Part shown: positions 1 to 19,535 of the stretch, piece by piece | How the letters are laid out: each line of letters starts with the position of its first letter | How positions within the stretch are numbered: position 1 is the stretch's first letter | From: the human T2T-CHM13v2.0 reference genome, Homo sapiens | Strand: one strand, 5' to 3' | DNA length: 64,000 nucleotides | Assembly: GCF_009914755.1 (NCBI RefSeq) | Contig: NC_060942.1 | Notes under the pieces: model-generated | The model's database searches: none | Told to the model about the DNA's origin: nothing | What the model saw: the letters and a program-made list of their open reading frames with translations, nothing else | Position numbers and translations under genes: made by a program

Positions 1-339
1 AATAAAAATCTAATTTGTATTAACATTGACAGTTCTTAGATAAGTCAATTTTATGACAGAACAGCAGCCAAAAGCATACCAAACTTTCCATAAAGTGAAT
101 TTGTTAGCTAAATGGTTATTTTAACATAACCATGAGAAAGAATGCAGGATGCAAAGTATGCAGGTTTTGCAGTTTATTTTCTCCCCATTGTCTACAATTT
201 GGGAATCAGAAAACCAATTCTGCAGAGATTCCATGAATGCCTTTAAGTTAAGAGCAAATGAAATGAAAAAAGATCATGGCTCAAGGGCATGAATTAAATA
301 TGGCTTTATTCAAACCTTTCCTTTTTCAACAACCCTTCA

Positions 340-854
340 TAATGTAGATTCTATTTTCCAAATATAACCACATTATCTCCCATCATGTCCTCCTTTTTAT
401 GTAAACTTGACATTCTTCCAACTGAGTAGTGGGGTCTTTATCAACCTCCCTTTGAATCTGAATGGCCTTTTGTAATAGCATCAACCAACAGTGTACAGTT
501 TAAGTGATGCTATACAGCTCCAAGGCTGAACCATAAAAATACCACACACATCTTCCTTGCTCTGTGGGGACACTCATTCTTGGAACCTAGCTCTCATGCT
601 ATAAAGAAGCCCAAATTAGACCACATGAAGAAGCCACATATGGGTATTCCAGCCAACAGCCAAGCTAAGTCCAAGTCATCAGGTGGCATAGCTGCCAAAC
701 ATATCAGGGAAGATGCCTCCAAGTGATCTGAGCTTCTGGCCAAGTGCACCTCAAGCATATGTCTTCTCAGCTAAGACCCCAGAGATCTTGGGATAAGAAA
801 CAAGCCACCCACACACTGCCCTTCCAAATTCCTGACCTAAGGAATCCATGAGCA
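340..854 (+). mobile_element. MLT1-type (ERVL-MaLR) LTR, 5' part, interrupted by the provirus
   Basis: Ends ...CCAAATTCCTGACCTAAGGAATCCATGAGCA and resumes at 10533 with TAATAAAA..., matching the recalled MLT1G/H 3' region. The start is approximate. Confidence 0.7.
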
Positions 855-1436
855 TGTCAGACACAGTAAGTTCCTCTTCAAAGGTTTAATTTCTGACTTC
901 CCTGTTCTTTGCTCTTAAGCTCAACTTCCTTGTCCCTTCTCCTAAGCTATCTGCTCTGTAAACAACTACTTCTGCCAGTCCCAATCTGTAACTCACATCT
1001 CTTCCTTATTTGGAAAGAGTCCTCTTTACTCCTGGCTACCCATTCTGTAAGCTCCCCCTCTTGCTGAGACAGCTCTCCCTGCCGAAACTACCCTTCCCGC
1101 CTTTGCCGCACCCTGACATGCCCAAACATGCCTTGTACTGTAACAGACAGCCTCTCCCTTTCCGCCTAATTAGCCATATTCAATTTTAAATGGTAGCCAA
1201 TCAGGTCAGTGTAGATTGTGCCGTCTGACTCCAGCCAATGGGGAAAGGACACAGAACCAGAGATTAACCGTGTTAGGGATAAAAACCCCTTCCCCTCCTT
1301 TGTTTGGTGTGCTCTCGCAGCGGCCAGAAGTGTGACCAGCACCCTTCTGCAGAAGTAAATTTGCTTTGCTGAGAAATCCTTCATTTGGCATTTGGGTGCT
1401 TGTTTTCCTTGTGACTCCAAGCTCTTGTTTCTAACA
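855..1436 (+). repeat. 5' LTR (LTR10 family)
   Basis: Starts TGTCAGA, ends CTAACA. Contains CCAAT boxes, a GATAAAA TATA-like box (~1278) and an AGTAAA polyA-like signal (~1354). Aligns colinearly with 9954-10528. Confidence 0.92.
1114..1133. promoter_or_regulatory. p53-type response element in the 5' LTR
   Basis: TGACATGCCC-AAACATGCCT: two adjacent RRRCWWGYYY half-sites, zero spacer, one mismatch. LTR10 subfamilies are known carriers of p53 sites. Confidence 0.75.
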
Positions 1437-1439
1437 ACT

Positions 1440-1457
1440 TGGGGGCTCATCCGCGAT
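1440..1457 (+). other. Primer binding site, tRNA-Pro
   Basis: TGGGGGCTCATCCGCGAT versus TGGGGGCTCGTCCGGGAT (complement of the tRNA-Pro 3' end), 16/18 match, 3 nt after the LTR. Confidence 0.88.
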
Positions 1458-1931
1458 TGCCTTTCTCATCCAGGAAGAGGTCCCTGATCATCTCTCATGA
1501 GGAGATGCGTCCCCCTGCCTCACTGTGGTGGCCTCAGGGATGAGGGATCAAGACCTCCCCCAGCATGATGAATAAACCTGGACTCTCAGCAACGCAGGTG
1601 AAAAGGATCCTCACACACCATGGCAACCAGGTAACTCTGTACACAAACCAAGGTAAGAAAAGTCGTGGGGGTGACAAAGTATTTCCTTGGTGGTTGGGAC
1701 AACTTGGAGCTTGAATGTGTGTGAATGAGATGTACAATTAAGCACAAAGCAAGCGTGGAGTCTGGATCTGCAGTTCTGTGGTCACCTCATATGGCTTATG
1801 GCAGATTCCTGTTGTGGGGCTTATACCGACACACCGATGCTAAGAGGGACTTAAATTCCCGTGAGGGAAGCAGCCAGAGAAGGACAAAGCAAAAGGAGAG
1901 TAAAAAAGACCTCCAGTAGAGGGGGGTTAAG

Positions 1932-2230
1932 CCTCTAGAGAAGGGAAGGCAAGAAATATCTAATACGAGGAGGGACTGAGCCTCAGCAAACCTCTAGAGA
2001 AGGGAAGGCAAGAAATCTCTAATATGAGGAGGGACTGAGCCTCAGCAAACCTCTAGAGAAGAGAAAGCAAGAAATCTCTAATACAAGGGATTGAGCCTCA
2101 GCAAGCCTCTAGAGAAGGGAAGGCAAGAAATCTCTAATATAAGGAGGGACTGAGCCTCAGCAAACCTCTAGAGAAGAGAAGGCAAGAAATCTCTAACATG
2201 TGGCATTGAGCCTCACATCAAACCTCCAGG
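1932..2230 (+). repeat. ~59-bp tandem repeat (5 copies plus a partial) in the proviral leader
   Basis: The unit CCTCTAGAGAAGGGAAGGCAAGAAATCTCTAAT...GAGCCTCAGCAAA starts at 1932, 1991, 2050, 2106 and 2165. Confidence 0.95.
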
Positions 2231-4202
<1,972 letters not shown>

Positions 4203-7200
4203 GGGAGTCAGGGGCTCTATTCTTTTTATCTTGAATTCTACCAAGAGCCCTTGATAAACTTAGAGGTGGGACCCAAACATGAAGTTATAACCCTTTTAAC
4301 AGATTCAAGAGCAGCTCGTTCCTGTTTGTTTCCCTTTACCTAATGTCCCTTGCTCCTCAGAAGAACTTTTTGTCTTGGGGGTGAAAGGAGAAAGGTTTAA
4401 AGCAAGAATCTTAGAAGACACAGAGGTCAAATATAAAAATTGATCAGCCCACTTTCAATTTCTGTTAATCCCTGAGGCAGGAACTAACCTATTAGGAAGA
4501 CATTTAATGCTAAAACTAGGTATAGGCCTACATGTCAGTCCAAACGGATTTCTCACCTCATTAAATCTACTTACCACTGCAAATGAAAAATATATTCATC
4601 CTGATGTATGGGCGAGAGAAGGAAATCGAGGAAGACTTCAAGTTGCTCCAATACATATGAAGTTAAAACCCCCAGGGGAAATAGTAAGAAGAAAGCAATA
4701 TCCCATTCCCCTAGAGGGCAGGATAGGCCTAAAACCTGTAGTCGAAGGTCTCATTCAAGATAAGCGCCTTGAACACTGTATGTCCCCTTATAATACTCCA
4801 ATATAGCCTGTAAAGAAATTAGACGGGTCATGCTGACTAGTGCAAGGCCCCAGAGCTATTAACTAAACAGTCCAGACTACCCACCCTGTTGTTCCCAACC
4901 CTTACACTATCCTCAGCAAAATACCATATGACCATCAATGGTTTACAGTGATAGACTTAAAAGACACCTTCTAGGCATGCCCCTTGGCTGAGGACAGCAG
5001 GGACATATTTGTTTTTGAATGGGAAGATCCTCATTCTGAGCGAAAGCAACAATACCAATAGATAGTCTTGCCCCAAGAGTTTAGAGATTCACCTAACCTC
5101 TTTGGTCAAATCCTAGAACAGATTCTAGAACAAATTTGTACCCCCAAAACACATATGCTTGCTCCAATACGTGGATGACCTGCTTATATCTGGTGAAGCT
5201 ATAGAACAGGTGGCTGTCTTCTCCACACACCTTCTTAACCATTTACAAGAGAAGGGGTTACGAGTTTCAAAAGGAAAGCTCCGATCTGTGGAACCCAAGG
5301 TTAAGTATTTAGGACACTTAATAAGTAAAGGCAAGCCAAGGATAAGGCCCGAACGGGTCAAAGGAATCGTGTCCTTACCTTTGCCTAAAACCAAGAAAGA
5401 ACTCAGAAAACTTTTGGGATTAGTTGGGTATTGCTGACTATGGATTGATTAATATGCCCTAGAGATGAAACCCTTATACCTGAAGCTCACCCAGGAAAAG
5501 CCTGACTTTCTCCTATGGACTTCTGATGAAATCCACCAGGTTGAGGAGCTAAAACACCTACTCATCACTGCCCCTGTCTTAGCCCTTCCTTCCCTAGAAA
5601 AACCATTTCACCTTTTCATTAACGCAAACAAGGGGGTAGCTTTAGGGGTGCTTACTCAAGAACATGGGGGCCACTGACAACCTGTGGCCTTTGTATCAAA
5701 AGTTTTTGACCCAGTAACCTGTGGGTGGCCCAAATGTGTTCAATTTATCACGGCTACCGCCTTGTTAACTAACAAAAGCAGGAAGCTAACCTTTGGGGGA
5801 AACTTGGTGGTGACCACACCCCATCAGGTTAGGACAATCTTAAAAGGCAGGAAGATGGCTCACCGACTCAAGGATTTTAAAGTATGATGCTATCTTACTA
5901 GAAAGAGGTAACTTAACATTAACCACTGATAATTCACTTAACCCAGCAGGTTTCCTGACAGGGAACCCAAATCTAAAAGGCCCTGGGCGTAAATGTTTAG
6001 ATTTAATTGATTATCACACAAAGGTCAAGGCTGATTTAAGAGAGACCCTTTTCAAAACAGGACATCTATTCATAGATGGCCCCTCTAGGGTAATTGGGGG
6101 AAAAAGGAGTAATGGGTATTCGGTGGTTGATGGAGAAGCTCTTGCAGAAGTAGAGTCAGGAAGATTGCCCAATAATTGGTTGGCCCAAACATGTTAATGC
6201 ATGTTTAACATGCATTAAATCAGGCTTTAAAACATTTACAAAACCAAGAAGGGAATATTTATACTGATTCTAAATATGTCTTTGGGGTAGCCCATACCTT
6301 TGGAAAAATTTGGACTGAACAAGGTCTCATTAATAGCAAAGGCCAAGACCTTGTCCACAAAGAATTAATCACCCAGGTATTAGATAACCTTCAGTTGCTA
6401 GAAGAAATAGCTATTGTTCATGTCCCAGGACACCAGAAAAATCCTTCTTTTGAAAGCCGAGGGAATAACCTTCAGACCAAATAGCCAAACAAGCTGCCGT
6501 TTCCTCTGAAACGCCCGTTTTTCACCTCCCTCCTTGCCTTTCTCCCCCTACCGCCATTCCCATCTTCTCCCCCGCTGAAAAGGAGAAGTTAATAAAAATA
6601 GGAGCCAAGGAAAACTCAGAAGGGAAATGGGTGTTACCAGATCAAAGAGAAATGCTATCCAAATGTCTCATGAGGGAGGTTTTATCTCAGTTGCATCAAG
6701 AAACCCACTGGGGACCTCAAGCTCTGTGTGATGCAGTTCTTGGAGTCTCCAGATGTAGAGGAATTTATACTCTAGCAAAACAAGTTACAGATAATTGTTT
6801 AATATGCAAAAAAACTAATAAGCGAATCCTAAGAAAACCACCCATCGGAGGAAGAACCCTGGAATAGGGCCATTCCAAAGCATCCAAATAGATTACACTG
6901 AAATGCCCCCAATAGGTCGCCTAAAGTATCTACAAGTAATACTGGATCACCTTCCTCACTGGGTAGAAGTTATTCCCTTTTCAAGTGCAGCCACCAGTAA
7001 TGTAGTTAAGGCATTAATCAAAAATATCATACCTAGGTTTGGATCACTAGAAAATATTGATTCAGATAATAGAACCCACTTCGCTGCACGTCATTAAAAA
7101 GCTAGCCCAGCTATTAGAAATAAGATGGGAATACCATACCCCCTGGCACTCACCTTCATCAGGAAGAGTAGAAAGAATGAACTAAACCCTAAAAAGCCAC

Positions 7201-7699
7201 CACACCAAATTAACTTTAGAGACTCGACTACCATGGACCAAATGCCTTCCCATTGCCTTACTGAGGGTCTGAACTACCCCTCGGAAAGATATTGGCTTAT
7301 CTCCTTATGAAATGCTATACGGGTTGCCTTATTTACACTCCACTGCTGACATTCCTACGTTTGAAACTAAAGATCAATTTCTCAGGAGTTACATACTTAG
7401 TCTGTCTTCCACTTTCTCTTCCCTCAGAACTAAAGGCCTTTTAGCAGAGACACCACCCTTGGAGTTCCCAGCATGTCAGCATCAGCCTAGGGATCACGTT
7501 CTCATCAAAAGCTGGAAAGAAGGAAAACGCGAACCAGCTTGGGAAGGACCCTATCTAGTGCTTCTAACTACAGAAACCACTATCTGCACGGCCAAAAGGG
7601 GATGGACAGACCACACGCGAGTGAAAGGAGTGGCTTCCACAGCCAGAGAAAAATGAGCCGTCACCCCAGGGCCCACCCCCACCAAATTACCTCTAAAAA

Positions 7700-7700
<1 letters not shown>
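4203..7700 (+). pseudogene. ERV pro-pol remnant (protease, RT, RNase H, integrase)
   Basis: Degenerate protease LTDSRA; RT QYVDDLL; RNase H FIDG and IYTDSKY; integrase HQETH..CLIC, QIDYTEMP, IDSDN, SSGRVE; C-terminal WEGPY. Multiple stops and frameshifts. Confidence 0.92.
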
Positions 7701-9936
<2,236 letters not shown>

Positions 9937-9940
9937 AATC

Positions 9941-9952
9941 AAAAGAAGGGAA
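9941..9952 (+). other. Polypurine tract
   Basis: AAAAGAAGGGAA immediately before the 3' LTR TG. Confidence 0.8.
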
Positions 9953-9953
9953 C

Positions 9954-10528
9954 TGTCAGATATGGCTAAGTTCCTCTTCAAAGGTTTAATTTGTAACTTC
10001 CTTGTTCTTTGTTCTCGAGATCAACTTCCTTGTCTCTTCTTCTAAGCTACCTGCTCTGTAAACAACTTCTCCTGCGAGTCCCAATCTGTAAGTCACATCT
10101 CTTCCTTATTTGGAAAGCGTCCTCTTCACTCCTGACCACCCATTCTGTAAACTGCCCCTCCCGCCGAAACAGCTCTTCCCATCAAAACTACCCTTCCTGC
10201 CTTTGCCGCGCCCTGACATGCCCAAACACGTCTTGTACCGTAACAAACAGCCTCCCCCTTCCTACCTAATTATTCATATTCAATTTTAAACAGTAGCCAG
10301 TTGGGTCAGTGTAGATTGTGCAGTCTGACTCCAGCCAATGGGGACACGACACAGAACCAGGGAATAACCGCGTTAGGGATAAAAACCCCTTCCCTACTTT
10401 GTTTGGTGTGCTCTCGCAGTGGCCAAAAGTGCAAGCAGCACCCTTTTGCAGAAGTAAATTTGCCTTGCTGAGAAATCCTTCGTTTGAGTACTCATTTTCC
10501 TTATGACTCCGAGCTCTTGTTTCTAACA
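9954..10528 (+). repeat. 3' LTR (LTR10 family)
   Basis: TGTCAGA...CTAACA, homologous to the 5' LTR (roughly 10-15% different by eye), followed by the AGCA TSD. Confidence 0.92.
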
Positions 10529-10532
10529 AGCA

Positions 10533-10605
10533 TAATAAAATACCTGCTTTACACCACTATGTTTTGGAAGACTATATTATACAGCAACAGTAAATGAAAT
10601 AATGC
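10533..10605 (+). mobile_element. MLT1-type LTR, 3' remainder
   Basis: TAATAAAA...CCACTATGTTTTGG...TATACAGCAACAG, the continuation of 340-854. Confidence 0.7.
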
Positions 10606-11242
10606 CACAATTTCATGAATTTTGGCATAATCTTATCAATTCCAAGTATTCAGATTCATTTATAATTACTAAATGAGTAGGCTACTGGTATAATAGTTAT
10701 GACAGCTCTAAATCTATGGATCCCTTTTTCCTCTTTATAAATTTTTAAACTTAACTAGACCAGAATATAACAGTCCTATATCCTAGCCTTAGCCCTACTG
10801 GTTACTATCCAAGTTATTTAGGAAATTTACAAGTCTCTCTACACCTCATTTCAAATGGAAGTAACACTTTTCTCACCTGCCTTTTTAAGATGGTTTTGTG
10901 GACTAAATGCAGGAACATGTGAAAGCATTCTGAAAACAGTAAGATACTATACATGTAATATATTTTCACTTGTGGAAGTCCTCATCAAAAGTCTATGCTT
11001 TTTAAGATACCAAAATTTCAGGAAAAAACAAGCAGTTCAACAGATATATTTTGTCACCTACTTTGTAACATTGACTTTATCTTGATAAGACATTTAGGTC
11101 AAAAATTAATATTTTAATGTGCCTAAATGTTAAATATACTTAATATAAAACCTGCCAAGTCATCCCCCACCATCACCCCCTGCAAGCACTATATTGACAC
11201 CTTTTAATAAACTGGTTTATATTTCAGTAAAAATGCTTCCTA

Positions 11243-11555
<313 letters not shown>

Positions 11556-11867
11556 CTAGCGGTTACTGCCAAGGTTAACAGGGGCTCATACTATGGCTAA
11601 CATAGGGAAAAGATAAACCAAGAGGTTTTTTAGGGAGTTTTGTGGATTAAAATGGCTCAGTCTAGCCAATCTAACAGTAAAATAATTCATAAAGTAACAA
11701 TGAATGAATCAGTTTAATTACTCTGCATTTTCTAAGATCCTGAGCTATCCGGTTCTCATCACCTACCAGCTACTGTATCATCACCAACTAAAGAATGTCT
11801 TCTCCCACTGCAATGCTGCACTAAAATAAAAGGGAGTAGGGTAGGAGCAGGACTTCTAAAACTCAAC

Positions 11868-13260
<1,393 letters not shown>

Positions 13261-14473
13261 AAAAAATAATTTTTAAAAATTGGGACAAAAAATTTAAATT
13301 TCTTCAAAAATAAATAGGGGCTGACCCTCAAACATGTAGAAATAAAAATACACACACAAAAAGAACATTCTCATACAGTTGTAACAGAAGAAATACATAA
13401 AGTCAATACAGGCTCTCTTCTATATTAGCAAACTAGCTCATTTTTGATAACCTGTGTCTTGACATGTTGGAACTAACAGGCACACACAATGCTTTCAAGA
13501 AACACTTTACAACTGCATCTATATAGCAATATCCAATTGTTTACAAATACAGTTTTCACTGAACACTGCTTTAAATTATAATCCCATTATATACAGCAAA
13601 GTTTTTCTAATTTAATCAGATTTAAATAGAACATAGCAAAACTGAGTTATTTGTAGGTGATTTATCTATACAGAAATTATCATTTTATTAATAATCACAA
13701 GTGATGCTTCCTCTCCATTTTCACTACCACCACCCTACTGAAAGCCTATTATAACCTTCTTCAAATGAAACAGCAGCCCCAACTCCTGCCAGTCTCCCAC
13801 CAGTGTGGAGTTAGTCCACCTTATTACTTTCAACCCCCTTCCTCTGCTCAAAATGCTCACCAACGTCCTATCTCTGAACGACCCCAGGCTCTTTCCTAGC
13901 AAACCTACATTTCTTCAAGCCCCCTCCAGGGCTTACTCAGTTCAAAGGGCTTACTCTACCTGTGGGTGTGTACCATTTTATTTTCTATTTTATTCTGATT
14001 AAATAAATCTGATTAAATTAGAAAAACTTTGGTGTATGTAATGGGATTATAATTTAAAGCAGTGATAAGTGAAAACTGTATTTGTAAAAAACTGAATATT
14101 GCTATATAGATGCAATTGTATTTTATTCTATTTATTTCTAAAATAAACCATTTTATTTTCTATTTCTGTGACCACTCACAGTTCTCCCCTTTCTTGGCAT
14201 TTCTTCTCCTACAAACTCTGCCAATCCAAAGTAGGCGCATTCATCCTTCAAAGCTCCCTCAAGTCTCACTACAAGAAGCCTTGACTGAATTCTCCATTCA
14301 TTAGGCCAATGCAGTAACTGACCTTTAGATGTACAACTGACAGTGCTTCATCATGCAAACACCTATCTACTTGCTACTTACTTCGAATGTGAACATTACC
14401 TCCCTAACTGTGTAACAAACACCTTAAAGCCCATCTCATACTTCTGGCTTCTCCACAATTAAGAATACACAGA

Positions 14474-14809
<336 letters not shown>

Positions 14810-15514
14810 TTATTAACTGAGTTAATAAAAATAATATATACAGTAAATTAGAATATTATATTTTAATGGCTTTAACATTAATGTGCATATCATTTGAATA
14901 CTGTTTAATCATATCCAAAAGCTTAATGAGTGTGTCCTAATGTTCAAGAATTTAAGGATAAAAAGAGATTGATTCTTATTAATTTTTCACCTTTCAGATT
15001 AGCAAAAATTAAAAGACCAACAATACAATGCTGATGAGTGTATAGGGAAAACAGTACCTCCACACACACAAATGGACTACAAATTGGTGCAATGCTGTGG
15101 AAGCTACTGTCGAATTTCCCTCTAAAGGTGAATATCAAAATATAAAATATTCATATTTTGACCCAACAACTTCACATCCGGGCATTTATCCTTCATATAT
15201 ATGTGTACAAGTATTCAGAAATATATGCAAAAGTTGTTCATAGCTGCAATGTCTGTAAAACTGCAAGAATAGTGCCTGATACATGCTATACACAAAAATA
15301 CTTCTGAATGAATAAACAGTGAAAGCCCATTGAAGATGTACATCAAAAAAGTACTGGGTAAGTTACGGTACATCTATAAGATAATAGAACTACTGCAATA
15401 AATCTGCTGTAATAAATTTCCAGGAAATACTGTTAAGAAAGATTGTCACGGTGCAAAACTCTAGGGAACACTATTCACAGATATTACAAACAGAATAGTG
15501 CCCCCACTCCCTCA

Positions 15515-15796
<282 letters not shown>

Positions 15797-16075
15797 TTAA
15801 CATAACACAAGCGGAGAAAAAATAAACTTGATATGACTCTAGCTGAGCAATGAATGAGATTACGAAGGACTGTCCCTTTCTTATGATTTTTGATTCCAAA
15901 TATTAACTACTTTTGTAATCTGAAAAGAACAATGAAGAAATTAAGGAATCAAAGGTTCATAAAACTTTGAAGGTATTTCACATAACACCAGCCAGCCAGA
16001 CATATCAACATTTATGATGCATATAAACAGCGAACAAAGAGTCACAGAAGAATACATATAAGAATATAATTATAT

Positions 16076-16660
16076 AGTGCCAAGCGCAGTGGCTCATGCC
16101 TGTAATCCCAGCACTTTGGGGGGCCGGGGCAGAAGGATAGCTTGACCTCAGGAGTTCAAGACCAGCCTGGACAACATAGAGAGACCTCCTCTCCACAAAT
16201 AAAAAAAATCAAAGCCTGGCAGAATGGCTCATGCATTTTAATCCCAGCACTTTGGGAAGCTGAGGCAGGCAGCTCTCTTGACCCCAGGAGTTCAAGACCA
16301 GCCTGGGCAACATAGCAAAATCTCATATCTACAAAAAAATACAAAAAAATTAGCCAAGCATGGTGGTGCATGCCTGTAGTCACAGCTACTCAGGAAGCCT
16401 AGGTAGGAGGATTGCTTCAGCCCAGGAGGTTGAGGCTGAAGTGAGCCAAGATTGTACACTCTAACCTGGGCAATTAAGTGACCCTCTCTCAATAAATAAT
16501 AAATAAATTAAAATCAGTCAGGTGTGGTGGTATACACCTGTGGGTCCCAGCAACTTGGAAGGCCTGAGGTGGGAGGATCACTTGAACCTGAGAGGTAGAG
16601 GGTGCAGTGATGCCACTGTACTCCAGCCTGAATGAAAGAGCAAGACCTTATAAAAAGAAC
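16076..16660 (+). mobile_element. Nested AluJ (Alu inserted in the middle linker of another Alu)
   Basis: Left arm, a full Alu, then the right arm; AAAATCA flanks. Confidence 0.8.
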
Positions 16661-16957
16661 AAAAACAAAAGGAATACCTTATATAAATTTCAGAAGCAAG
16701 CTAACTAAACTTTTTTTTACAAATACACATATATGATGAAATAAGCAAACAAGAGAAACACAAATCCAGGATAGTGATTTAACTCAGAAAAGAGAGGGCT
16801 TTAAAGATATGGTAATGTTCCTTTTTCAGAAAGTAGCAGCTTCACAGGTGTTCATTCCCTTGAATCTTTATAACTTAACATGTTTTATATACATATTCCT
16901 TTATACAGATAGAATACAGACAAATTTTTAAAACAGAAAATTCCCAAAGGATCTCAT

Positions 16958-17586
<629 letters not shown>

Positions 17587-17894
17587 CTTAAAAAATTGAA
17601 GAGGAAATCAAGACTGCCTGTGAGAGCACATCAGGATGGTTATTTAAGGAAAGAAAATGGAGATTTTTGCTAGTTTGTTTTTAGATTAGGGGATTATCCA
17701 TTTTGTTAACAGTAGAACCTTAGCTACAGAGCACTTTATTTAGTATTATTGTATACACTCATGTTTTCAAGATACCACAATTTTTCACTTCAAGTGATAA
17801 AAAAAATTTTATATCAACCCTTTTGAATAGAAATAACCCCAAGCTGCAAAACAATATACTAATGTATCTTCTTAAATAGAATATACTCATTATG

Positions 17895-18200
17895 GGCCAC
17901 AGGCAGTGGGTCATGCCAGTAATCCCAGCAGTCTGGGAGGCTGAAGTGGGCAGACCACGAGGTCAGGAGTTCGAGACGAACCTGGCCAACATAGTGAAAC
18001 CCCGTCTCTATTAAAAATACAAAAAAAATTAGCTGGGCGTGGTGGCGGGTGCCTGTAATCCCAGTTACTTGGGAGGCTGAGGCAAGGAGAATTGCTTGAA
18101 CTTGGGAGGCGGAGGTTGCAGCTAGCCAAGATCATGTGACTGCACTCCAGCCCTGGTGACAGTGCAAGACTCCATCTCAAAAAAAAAAAAAGAAAAAAAA
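17895..18200 (+). mobile_element. AluS
   Basis: TSD AG(A/C)ATATACTCATTATG. Confidence 0.9.
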
Positions 18201-18295
18201 GAGCATATACTCATTATGGTTTTTTGACATACAGCTACTGGTTTCAAAATCCCAAGAGGTTCTGGAATGACATTTTTGACCTCATGTCTGTTTTT

Positions 18296-18353
18296 CGCGC
18301 CACTGCACTCCAGCCTGGGTGACAGAGCGAGACTCCGTCTCAAAAAAAAAAAA
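18296..18353 (+). mobile_element. Short Alu 3'-end fragment
   Basis: CGCGCCACTGCACTCCAGCCTGGGTGACAGAGCGAGACTCCGTCTC plus A13. Confidence 0.85.
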
Positions 18354-19213
18354 CAGTGATAGGTAGGATTCCTGAAAAACATTGTTTTTAGTTCAAGGGT
18401 AGAAAGTGTATAAGCCATGAGGATACGTGTATTTCTGGCATTCTAACTGAAGCTACGACCAAAATGCAGGGAGTTTAGTTACTCTTCTAAACAAAATATC
18501 TCTGGCATTATTTTATCTAAGCCAAATGAGATAGTTTTGAACACCAAATATGAAAAGTTTTATTTTAGTAAATTTATAAAGAGCATACTATTTAACTTTA
18601 CTGAGGTTAATAAAAGAGAAACTCTGTGATGAACAGAGCGAAGTAAGAAAATTTCTAGTTCTATTTGTGAAAAAAGCAGGAAGGTAAGGAAAGAGAAAAG
18701 GACAAGGCCTCTCCCATGTCTCCCTCTTGGAGTACCACTGAGCAAAAGCCTACTACAGCATCTTCACTTAGTCCCCCCCAGTCTTCTGTCCATGTCTCTA
18801 AAACACATTCCACTGTAACCACTACCCTACAGACCCTCTTATCCTCTCTGTCCTGTGCTTAGCCACATTCCTGAGGGGCCTCATGAAGCAGGGCTACCCA
18901 AGCCATATCACTAGTCTGAATCTTTCTCAGAATAATAGAAAGTAATAAATTTGCTAGTCCTTCAACATAGATAAGGAAAAAAAATTTTTTTAAGTAATAA
19001 ATTTATAATAACTGCTGGGACAGAATATATAAATGAACCACGACATTGTGCATGATACTGTCCAAATGCCATGATAAAGGAGGAATTAGAAAACAAATTA
19101 GGGAAATACGTTAACCAGATAAATCAACTCTTTAAAAACAAGGCTAAAGATGAAAGTAAAATCATAAAAGACAGACAACCGGGTAATAAGCATTTAAAAT
19201 ACTTGCTCTTGTT

Positions 19214-19535
19214 GGCCAGGTGCAGTGGATCACACCTGTAATCCCAGCACTTTGGGAGGCCAAGGCGGGTGGATCACCTCAGGTCAGAAGTTCAAGACCA
19301 GCCTGGCCAACGTAACGAAACCCCATCTCTACTAAAAATACAAAATTAGCCCGGTGTGGTGGCACATGCCTGTAGCCTCAGCTACTCGGGAGGCTGAGAG
19401 AGGAGAACTGCTTGAACCCGGGGAAGTGGAGGCCGCAGTGAGCCGAGACAGCGCCACCGCCCTCCATCCTGGGCGACAGAACAAGACTCTGTCCCCCCCC
19501 TCCAAAAAAAAACAAATAAAATCGAATAAAATAAA
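19214..19535 (+). mobile_element. AluS
   Basis: Full dimer; TSD AAAATACTTGCTC(T/C)TGTT. Confidence 0.9.

Noticed and set aside
855-1436. AP-1-driven LTR10 enhancer
   Set aside because: No intact TGASTCA motif seen in either LTR.
1932-2230. CRISPR-like regular repeat
   Set aside because: Head-to-tail units without unique spacers, in eukaryotic ERV leader context, with no cas genes.
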